Shown one piece after another: positions 1 to 8,613 of a stretch of DNA of 53,420 nucleotides. The position numbers and the translations under genes were made by a program. The DNA is from Mycobacteriales bacterium (GTDB lineage Bacteria > Actinomycetota > Actinomycetes > Mycobacteriales > QHCE01). The first letter of the stretch is position 1. Each line of letters begins with the position of its first letter. Below the pieces are notes generated by a model, which was given only the letters and a program-made list of their open reading frames with translations, did no database searches and was not told the DNA's origin. The stretch is taken from assembly GCA_036268755.1 (NCBI GenBank), contig DATATO010000122.1, positions 1-53,420 of the forward strand, written 5' to 3'.

Positions 1-1
1 C

Positions 2-652
2 GCCGATCACTGGGCACGACCGGAGTTGTTGCCGTTCCTGGCCTCGCTGGCCATCGTCGACGGCGGTTTGCGTCGTGGCGGTTTGCGTGGTGGCCAGACG
101 GTCATCATCAACGGCGCCACCGGCGGCCTTGGCGGTGCGGCCGTGCTTGCGGCTTTGGCCCGTGGGGCGGCGCGAGTGATCGCCACCGGTCGTCGACGGG
201 AGGCGTTGAACGCACTGGAAACGGTCGACCCTCGGATTCGAACGGTGGTGCTGTCCGGTGATCGCGCTCGGGACCGCGACGCTATTCGTGCTGAAACCGA
301 TGCGGGGGCCGATCTCTTGCTCGACGTCATCGCTCACACACCGACTACCGATCCCACACTGTCCTGTGTGGACGCGCTGCGCTTGCGGGGTACCGCCGTA
401 CTCGTCGGTGGTGTCCGCCACGAGCTTGCCCTTCCCTACCGACGCATCCAGCGCCAGCAGCTCACAGTGACCGGTTCGTTCATGTTCGACTCCGCCACCG
501 CACTGGAGGTTTGGCAGCTCGTCCGATCTGGGGCCCTTAACTTGGAATCGGTGCACGCCCACACATTCGGGCTGGATCAGTTTGATGCCGCGATGGACAC
601 CGCTGCTTCGTTGAGCGGCCTGGACCATGCGGTGCTGCTGCCCGCGGATTGA
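2..652 (+). CDS. MDR-superfamily oxidoreductase (zinc-type alcohol dehydrogenase / quinone oxidoreductase-like), C-terminal part; 5' end lies outside the window
   Basis: The reading frame is open to the window edge. It has the Rossmann glycine motif INGATGGLGGAAV and an MDR-like C-terminal layout. Confidence 0.6.
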   Translation, partial: ADHWARPELLPFLASLAIVDGGLRRGGLRGGQTVIINGATGGLGGAAVLAALARGAARVIATGRRREALNALETVDPRIRTVVLSGDRARDRDAIRAETDAGADLLLDVIAHTPTTDPTLSCVDALRLRGTAVLVGGVRHELALPYRRIQRQQLTVTGSFMFDSATALEVWQLVRSGALNLESVHAHTFGLDQFDAAMDTAASLSGLDHAVLLPAD

Positions 653-942
653 CAGAGCAAATACCTCGATTCAATGCTTGGCGTCTGCGGGTCGGTCCTC
701 AAACGGACACGTTGCCGACCGAACTAATGTTCGAGCGGAGCACGAAAGTCCAGGTGAGGGTGTGCCCTTCTAAAGTCGACATGACCTGCAATGTCCGTAG
801 CCATGGACGCCAAGCAATCACAGGGCTGGTTTTCCCCCGGAACAGTCGTGTGGTTGCACTCGGCGTAGTAGCTTTGGTGTGAAGCATAAGGACGTAGTGC
901 CGAGCTGGGTAAGGTTCCCGGGTCGAATTCTCGGGAGTAGAT

Positions 943-1197
943 ATGGGATTGATTGACAGAATCGATCAGCTGAGGGCCAAGGCTTCGGAGCGGCTTGCGG
1001 CCCTGCAACAGGTTCGGCAAGCCAATCGGACCGAGCCCGAGCGGGACCCGACCAAACCTATTGGCCGGCCGCCGTCGAAGCCCGGAAAACGCCCCAGCGC
1101 AGTCAGCGGAAAGTTTCCTGACCACCCCAGCAAGAACGGCCCCACCGGCTCTATCAATCCGGGTAATTCGGGCAAACCAGGCCGCCCGCCCCGCTAA
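943..1197 (+). CDS. hypothetical small Pro/Gly/Lys-rich protein (weak call)
   Basis: The ATG is preceded by GGGAG about 6 nt upstream. The C-terminus is low-complexity and I recognise no family. It is the only plausible ORF in a 600-bp gap. Confidence 0.15.
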   Translation: MGLIDRIDQLRAKASERLAALQQVRQANRTEPERDPTKPIGRPPSKPGKRPSAVSGKFPDHPSKNGPTGSINPGNSGKPGRPPR

Positions 1198-1255
1198 CCG
1201 ATATCTTGCCAGCGTACCCCAGGCGGCCAACTTCGGAGACAGTTTCAGGCCGCCA

Positions 1256-2638
<1,383 letters not shown>

Positions 2639-2876
2639 GGTGGTCCTCCAGCGGATTTGAGAGTTCGGCGGGCATCGCGAGCGCGCGGCTATCGGTGCCG
2701 GCATGCACGTCCTGCGGCGAAGCGGCCATGTTACCCAGCGGGCCCGAGTTGCCGGGCGCTCAGGTCCCTAGTTGCCACGTCTTGGCTGTACTCCTTCGCC
2801 ATGTTCCGTACTGCGGCTCGGAGTCAATGCCGCCGAGATGGAGGCCTGCAGGCGGCAGCTCAAAATCTGGCTGTTC

Positions 2877-3563
2877 TCAGCCCAGGGCGTTCAACTTGTT
2901 GGACACCGCCTGGATGATCTGGTCGCTCAGCTCGGCGGGCTGTTCTGAGCCAAGCACGACCTGCGCCACGTGGGCGCCCTTGGCGATCACGACGCTATCC
3001 CCCAAGAAGCGCTGCGGGGGATTACCCTGCACCTGTGCGGTCATCAGCACACGATAGGAGTTGGGCCCCGGTGCAGGCTGGGACTGCAATGTGAACGCCG
3101 TGACGGTGCCATCGTCGGCCTTCTCATTCCACGCCCGACACTGTGCCGTCGCGGCCTGCAGCTGGGCGATGAGCTGAGCGCCGGCCGAGCTGTCCGAGTA
3201 CTCGGACACGATGTCGCCCAGGTTGCCACCGGAGTCATCGTTGAAGGTTCGCACTTCTTCCGCGGCAGGCTTACCCACATTGCCCATGCCCTGACCCGGA
3301 GTGTCGGAGAAGATGTGACTGCATTCCTGATTGCTAGTGGCGACGACTTTGCTGTCCGGCGGGTTGTCGACCTGGTTGTATCCGGCGGGCAGATCCGTGA
3401 GGGTCAGTAGCGCGGCCGACAGCTTCGAGGCGGAGCTCTTGGAGTCACTGGAAGAACTATCCGATTTTTTATCGGAACCGCCGCCACATCCCGAAAGAAC
3501 CAAGACAACGGTGACTGCCACCGCGGCGGCCGCTAGGCCACAGTTTTTTCTACCCCACGGCAT
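2877..3563 (-). CDS. secreted lipoprotein, function unknown
   Basis: Signal peptide with lipobox LVLSGC, then a Ser/Asp-rich linker and a globular domain with two Cys. Confidence 0.6.
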   Translation of the reverse strand: MPWGRKNCGLAAAAVAVTVVLVLSGCGGGSDKKSDSSSSDSKSSASKLSAALLTLTDLPAGYNQVDNPPDSKVVATSNQECSHIFSDTPGQGMGNVGKPAAEEVRTFNDDSGGNLGDIVSEYSDSSAGAQLIAQLQAATAQCRAWNEKADDGTVTAFTLQSQPAPGPNSYRVLMTAQVQGNPPQRFLGDSVVIAKGAHVAQVVLGSEQPAELSDQIIQAVSNKLNALG

Positions 3564-3902
3564 TGTTGCTCCTCTTTCCCGCGCTGCTGCGTTCGCAGCG
3601 ATATGCCGACCGTAGCGAAGGGTTTCCTGTTGGATATGGGGGGTCCGTCAGGCGGGTACTTTCCCCGCCGGTAGCCGCGACAGCAGCTCCATGGCAACCT
3701 CCTCTGCCGCGTCATCGCGTCGATTTACATGGTGACTGTCGGGCCCGGCTGCCCCCTAACCTGGGCGGCTCCGGCGATAAGCTGAGGCCGCAACGGCGAT
3801 TGCGGGAACGATCCGACGCAGCTGCTTGACCTAATTGCGAGGGAATCCGTAACGAGATATTCCTCATAACGGCGACATAAGGGGGAGATTAGATACTTTT
3901 GG

Positions 3903-4094
3903 TCAACTACTGTGCCACATATCCGCCGGTACAGCGCGCGAAATTCTGACGACCCGAGTAGGGGCGCTTCCGCTCTTCGCGTTTAACGGCTCAACGATGA
4001 GATTGGTCGCGCTTATTTTGCCGCTTTCGAATGCTTGTTTTCCTTTCAGGAGCAGGAATTCCGGCCACATCAGGTTGCCCGATTCATCCGTCAT
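3903..4094 (-). CDS. hypothetical 63-aa protein, divergent from the XRE-tRNA_bind gene (weak call)
   Basis: ATG-initiated ORF in the AT-richer left edge of the island. I recognise no family. Confidence 0.2.
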   Translation of the reverse strand: MTDESGNLMWPEFLLLKGKQAFESGKISATNLIVEPLNAKSGSAPTRVVRISRAVPADMWHSS

Positions 4095-4121
4095 CGGATC
4101 GAACTGTTTGCACCTTCTTTC

Positions 4122-4142
4122 AAAGTTCTAAGTTGTAAGTTC
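4122..4142. promoter_or_regulatory. three tandem heptads (AAAGTTC TAAGTTG TAAGTTC) in a divergent promoter region; candidate operator
   Basis: Read directly from the sequence. The heptads lie between the minus-strand start at 4094 and the plus-strand start at 4178/4238. Confidence 0.35.
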
Positions 4143-4177
4143 AGCCGCCAGGAGCTGCTACATGCCGGAACGGCGCG

Positions 4178-5437
4178 ATGAGTTGTGACCCTGCCGCTAA
4201 CACTTGGGGCGGATGGGAAGAAGAGGTAGCGGTCTACGTGGCTCAGGAAATCCTTTTTGCGCGAGTGCTGCGGCAACTGATCGCTGAACGTTATGGTCAC
4301 CCCGCCGAGCTTGCCGAAGCCGCTGATCTCTCAGCTGTAGCCCTATCCCGATATTTGGATGGTGAAATTAGCCTTGGCGTGGATGTGCTTACCCGACTGG
4401 CAACGGCGCTAGGCGTCAGCCTCGACCATCTTGTTTTCGGCCAGGAGGCCGCCCGGCGCGTTCTCGACGGCGATCACTCTGCTCATAAGGCATGGGGCGA
4501 TGCCGGCGGCATACTCAACCCTACCGACGCAGCTCTGGTCGAGCGTCACAGCGTGCACACCACGATCGTGACCGAGGATCTCAGCACGGACGTTCTCGTT
4601 CTAGAGCAAGAGGGTCGTGTCGCCGGGTCACCGAGCATTTTTACCCCGGTGGTGACCGAAAACATCACGGACGGCAGGCGCTACGAGTACTTCGTGCCGC
4701 AGGGACCTAGCTGGGGTTACGAGGCGAACCTGCTACGGAAAGTGGTCACTCGTATGGGGGGCCTCAAGCCTGCCTTTGTGGACCGGCACCTTCAGGTAAT
4801 GCACGTCACCAACACGCGCTTTCCGGGCTTCGTCTTATATCAGATGCCGATCGACAGCCTTCAACAAGGAGTCCCTGGAATCTTCGATCGCGTTCTCCCA
4901 TTCATGCATCGGAGTTCGGCGGCACGGGGCACCGGCTTCATCGCAACGGTGGAGCCGGCCAATTCAACCTATTCGGACTTTGCCCTTGTTTCCAGGGAAA
5001 AGGTTCCTCGTCTCATCGAGGAGCTTCACACCATTCGTGAAAACGTGGGGCAGTATCGACAGGCGAGGGGCGCCGTTGTAGCGAAAGTGATAGAGGTTCA
5101 CCCGCATTCTCGTGCCGAACGCATTCACGTTGCCCTTATCGACCTGGGTGACCACTACCTGCGACAGGTTGTCTTCGGTGGCTCCCGAATGTTGCGTCCC
5201 GGCGATCTCGTACCGGCCGCGCCGCCGGGCACGCTCTTGCCAGGAGGCGTGAAAATGCGCCAACGTCGCTACCGCGGTAGGTCATCGTTTGGGATGTTGT
5301 GCAGTACGGACGAACTGGGGTGGACTTCCGGTGGCCCCAACGAGGTGGCGGTACTAAACCCTGAGCTTGAACCAGGACAGTCGCTAGACGATGTGGACCA
5401 TCGCGCTGCCCTGCAAGAGCCGGCCTCGGATAGCTGA
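4178..5437 (+). CDS. XRE-family HTH protein with an unassigned middle region and a C-terminal tRNA-binding OB domain (PheT N-terminal / CsaA / EMAPII type)
   Basis: HTH: LRQLIAERYGHPAELAEAADLSAVALSRYLDGEISLGVDVLTRLATALGVSLDHLVFG. C-terminal region: VIEVHPHSRAERIHVALIDLG..VVFGGSRMLRPGDLVPAAPPGTLLPGG..RGRSSFGMLCSTDELG. The true start may be the GTG at 4238. Confidence 0.7.
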   Translation: MSCDPAANTWGGWEEEVAVYVAQEILFARVLRQLIAERYGHPAELAEAADLSAVALSRYLDGEISLGVDVLTRLATALGVSLDHLVFGQEAARRVLDGDHSAHKAWGDAGGILNPTDAALVERHSVHTTIVTEDLSTDVLVLEQEGRVAGSPSIFTPVVTENITDGRRYEYFVPQGPSWGYEANLLRKVVTRMGGLKPAFVDRHLQVMHVTNTRFPGFVLYQMPIDSLQQGVPGIFDRVLPFMHRSSAARGTGFIATVEPANSTYSDFALVSREKVPRLIEELHTIRENVGQYRQARGAVVAKVIEVHPHSRAERIHVALIDLGDHYLRQVVFGGSRMLRPGDLVPAAPPGTLLPGGVKMRQRRYRGRSSFGMLCSTDELGWTSGGPNEVAVLNPELEPGQSLDDVDHRAALQEPASDS

Positions 5438-5475
5438 GATCTCACGCGCTCACCGGTCACACTCAATGTCCAATT

Positions 5476-5489
5476 ATGTCACCTGACAT
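5476..5489. promoter_or_regulatory. perfect 6-2-6 palindrome ATGTCA-CC-TGACAT between the two island genes, with an extra AATGTC half-site just upstream
   Basis: Read directly from the sequence, in the 121-nt gap between the stop at 5437 and the start at 5559. Confidence 0.3.
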
Positions 5490-5558
5490 GTGCAGACTGT
5501 TCAGCGTTAGCGGTGGAAGTGTCGTTCGCGAGACGACGTTGGTTGATAACCTTGACTC

Positions 5559-6842
5559 GTGGCTGTAGGTCCGACGAGGCGCGTGGCCGTGATCCCGCCG
5601 TCGAGCTGGGAGTATCCGATAGCGTCGCTCCGTTATCCGGGGGACGACAACGTCGGCCTGCTATGGGAGCGGCCGCCCTCGCGCAAGCACGTTCGGGATG
5701 TGTTGCCGCCCGATCGTCCACCGCTGATCTGTGTGCTGGGTGCGAGTGGTTTTCGAAGCAGCTGGCAGGCTGGGATGTCGGAGGTTCTGGAGCAGCTCGC
5801 CCATCCGGTGCGATGGGATCTTGCCTCCGGCGGCACGATCCCCGGTCTGGCTTGTGCCGCCGGCATCGGACACTACTGGCGACGCATCATGAATGCCGGT
5901 GCCCCGGCCCATAAAGCTCTGCAACCCATCCCCGGGCTGCGCTGGTTCGAGCGGAAGAACCTAGATCTTTCCGGCGTAAACGATCTGAGCGAGCTGGAGG
6001 GCTGGCTGAGCGCCTGGCTGGCCTGGGCCGGGGTTTCCACGTTCCGGGATCTGCGATACCGGCCCCACGAACCGCGGCCGGTCGGAGTGACCCATCGCGC
6101 CGGCATCAGCGTTGTCGTCTGGCGCACCACGCGACCGTACCCGAGCAGGTGTACTCCCGATCAGCTGCGCGACCCCTCTTTTATCCATCGGGCATTCCGT
6201 TGGGCCTTCTTCGGCAGCCAGTTCCCCTTCAAGCAGTTTCGACAAGTCTGGGTGCCCGACACAGTGGGGGAGCATTTGCCATGGCTGGCTGACGAGATCG
6301 ACGATCACAGTCCAGCCTGGTGGGCACGGGTCTCGATGAGTCCATGGCCGGCCTGCCTGCCTACGGTCATGCAAGATCCGAGGACGCTACAGCTCGTTTT
6401 TCTCGTCGACGGTGGGCATATAGATAACCAACCCAGTCTCTTCAACGATGGAAGACCCACCTCGCTGCCGCTTATCAACCCTCGGTTGGCTCAGAACCGG
6501 CGTCAGCTGCGCCGCCCGCAGCAGGTTCGTGACGCACGGCGTATGCCTTTCGGTCGCGTCATTCGATGGGAAACCACGGCGCAGACTCGGTGGCGCCTCT
6601 CCCAGGGGCGCCACATTACGTGGGCCGACCGGGACGCCATGTACCTGTGCGGCGTGCGGCAGGGTCGGGCGCGCCTTGGCGACGAGCTGGAGGAATTACT
6701 GAATAGCTATGTGGGTGCGGAGAACGAGACGACGTTGGGTCTACGCGAACGGGCGGTCGAAATCCCCATGTTCCATGGCTTTCAGGCTATCGCCGCAGCT
6801 ACAAGACCCGGAATGAAAAAGGTCTTCGGTCTCCGCAGCTAG
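5559..6842 (+). CDS. patatin-fold (phospholipase-like) protein with a degenerate nucleophile elbow
   Basis: The blocks occur in patatin order: VLGASGFRS (Gly-rich loop), TFRDL, ARVSMSPWPACLP and FLVDGGHIDNQP (Asp-Gly-Gly). Where GxSxG is expected it reads GTIPG. GTG starts are possible at 5559, 5583 and 5589. Confidence 0.4.
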   Translation: MAVGPTRRVAVIPPSSWEYPIASLRYPGDDNVGLLWERPPSRKHVRDVLPPDRPPLICVLGASGFRSSWQAGMSEVLEQLAHPVRWDLASGGTIPGLACAAGIGHYWRRIMNAGAPAHKALQPIPGLRWFERKNLDLSGVNDLSELEGWLSAWLAWAGVSTFRDLRYRPHEPRPVGVTHRAGISVVVWRTTRPYPSRCTPDQLRDPSFIHRAFRWAFFGSQFPFKQFRQVWVPDTVGEHLPWLADEIDDHSPAWWARVSMSPWPACLPTVMQDPRTLQLVFLVDGGHIDNQPSLFNDGRPTSLPLINPRLAQNRRQLRRPQQVRDARRMPFGRVIRWETTAQTRWRLSQGRHITWADRDAMYLCGVRQGRARLGDELEELLNSYVGAENETTLGLRERAVEIPMFHGFQAIAAATRPGMKKVFGLRS

Positions 6843-7073
6843 GGGGCTGTGCGCGTGGCGGCCATGGCTCCCGCGCACTTCCAGCCCGTTGAGCAGGTCC
6901 TTCGTCGCCGCGGCCACGGCCGCTACCGCGTTGTCGAACACCTCGCGGTTGTGGCCTGCCGGGGCGCGGAACCCCGACACCTTGCGCACATATTGCAGCG
7001 CTGCTGCCCGGATTTCCTCGTCGGCTACGTCGGGCACGATGGGCGGACGCAGGACCTTGATGCTTCGACACAT
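6741..7073 (-). CDS. DUF2277-family protein with a non-conserved-looking C-terminal tail
   Basis: The N-terminus MCRSIKVLRPP..EEIRAAALQYVRKVSGFRAP is typical of the family as I remember it. The last ~35 codons overlap the 3' end of the convergent gene 5559..6842. Confidence 0.55.
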   Translation of the reverse strand: MCRSIKVLRPPIVPDVADEEIRAAALQYVRKVSGFRAPAGHNREVFDNAVAAVAAATKDLLNGLEVRGSHGRHAHSPLAAETEDLFHSGSCSCGDSLKAMEHGDFDRPFA

Positions 7074-7267
7074 GCAAACAACCCTTGCACGAATAAGCCT
7101 ATGAGGCCACAAGCCCGAAGTTAAATGTGTTGGCGGTCGTTACGCCTGCCGCCGCGATGACGATTCCCGCCCGGCGCACGCCGCGCCGAAGCAGCCCCCC
7201 GCCTTCGGCCGCGAAGCCGGGTGTGCCCACTAGGCTCGTGTCCGACTGGTCCGTTCTTGGGGGATGC

Positions 7268-8572
7268 ATGGGGCAGCGTCGCAGGCATGCCGCACGGCGG
7301 CTGATGATCATGGCGGGCATTGTGGCGTTGCTGGCCACGGCCGGCTGTGGCTCCGGCAAGGGCCAGGTCACAAGAGTGAAGGTGCTGGGGACCGATGCCA
7401 ACACCGGGCAGTCGTTCGCACAGGCGTTCCACGATCAGCCGGGTGCGATCGTGGCCATGCGCGGCACGACACCGATGTCCAAACTGTCGGAAGACTTCAT
7501 CAACCGCCTTAAGCAGCGCAATCCCGCGCTCACAGACTTCACTTTCGCCGCCGAGTCCTACGACGCCACCGTCGTCACGGCATTGGCGGCACAGACCGCC
7601 CGCACCGGTCATGCGACCGTGTTCGCTCCCTTCATCGATGCCGTGACCACCGGCGGCCAGAGCTGCAACACGTTTCAACAGTGCGTATCTATCCTCGACG
7701 CCGGCGGGGACATTGACTACGACGGCGTCAGCGGCGGTCTCGACTTCACCGATCCGGGCGAGCCGGCGGTCGGCAGTTACGGCCTGATTGGCTATGACGA
7801 CGCAAGCAAGCCCGTCGCCCCCACCTACCTCATGACGGGGGACCCCAAGAATGCCTCGACCAAGCCGTCGCCGCCCCGCCCCACCACGACGACAGGGGGT
7901 TCCCTCCGATTGGGTGCACTGCTGCCGCAGACCGGTGGCCTATCCGCCTATGGGCCCGGCATGCTCGCGGCGGTGCAGCTCGCAGTGGCCGATATAAACG
8001 CCGCCGGCGGCGTCAACCGCGTAGACGTGACCCTGGCGCAGGGCGACGACGGGACGGATCCCGCGGTTGCGCAGCGCGCGGTGCGTGGGTTGCTCGACGA
8101 TTCGGTGGACGCGATCATCGGGCCGGGCGCCTCGAGCGTCTGCAAGGGCGTCATCGACTCCGTCACCTCGGCCGGCGTGCTGCTGTTCTCGCCCGCGAGC
8201 ACCTCGGACGAGTTCACCAGCTACAACGACCGCGGGCTGTTCTTCCGCACCGCGCCGCCGGACGCCCTGCAGGCCCGGCTGCTGGCCAACGTCATCGTGC
8301 AGGAGGGCGGCCGCGTCGTCGGCCTGATGTATCAGAACACGACCTACGGTCTCGGTCTGGCGACCGCGATAGAGCAGGACCTGGTCGCCAGCGGCGAAGT
8401 AACCAAAGACGACATAATGCCGGTCAGATACGACCCGGCCAGCGTGGATTTTGGCCCATACATTAAGCGGTTGCGGGAAAAACGACCGGACTTCATCGTG
8501 GTGGTGGGATACGACGAATCCCCGCGCATCGTCAAAGCCCTCAACCATGCCGGCCTCGGCCCGAAGCGATAG
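7268..8572 (+). CDS. LivK/Peripla_BP_6-type solute-binding lipoprotein, apparently circularly permuted; no adjacent permease genes
   Basis: Lipobox LLATAGCG. The first half looks like the C-terminal part of the family (FAAESYDATVVTALA..IDYDGVSGGLDFTDPGEP). After a Pro/Thr linker comes the N-terminal part (LRLGALLPQTGGLSAYG..AVADINAAGGV..IIGPGASS). Confidence 0.65.
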   Translation: MGQRRRHAARRLMIMAGIVALLATAGCGSGKGQVTRVKVLGTDANTGQSFAQAFHDQPGAIVAMRGTTPMSKLSEDFINRLKQRNPALTDFTFAAESYDATVVTALAAQTARTGHATVFAPFIDAVTTGGQSCNTFQQCVSILDAGGDIDYDGVSGGLDFTDPGEPAVGSYGLIGYDDASKPVAPTYLMTGDPKNASTKPSPPRPTTTTGGSLRLGALLPQTGGLSAYGPGMLAAVQLAVADINAAGGVNRVDVTLAQGDDGTDPAVAQRAVRGLLDDSVDAIIGPGASSVCKGVIDSVTSAGVLLFSPASTSDEFTSYNDRGLFFRTAPPDALQARLLANVIVQEGGRVVGLMYQNTTYGLGLATAIEQDLVASGEVTKDDIMPVRYDPASVDFGPYIKRLREKRPDFIVVVGYDESPRIVKALNHAGLGPKR

Positions 8573-8613
8573 CGCCTGGTAAATGTGTCGGTGGTGCCGA
8601 CTACGCTTCCCGT

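Noticed and set aside
744-937. GAAAGTCC (744-751) resembles the RNase P RNA CR-I core. GGGTCGAATTC (around 920-930) resembles a tRNA T-loop.
   Set aside because: The other conserved RNase P blocks are absent. The T-loop-like stretch lacks one T of the canonical GTTCGAAT, and no acceptor, D or anticodon arms can be built around it.
2639-2876. Possible T-box or other leader upstream of glyQS.
   Set aside because: The interval is short and is largely the terminator region of the upstream lipoprotein gene. I saw no T-box consensus or specifier-type architecture. The same applies to the 98-nt leader of the fused GlyRS gene (48534-48631).
4091-4300. A 69-aa minus-strand ORF overlapping the start of the XRE-tRNA_bind gene.
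   Set aside because: It runs antisense across the better-supported HTH coding region and the operator-like repeats. It has no motifs.
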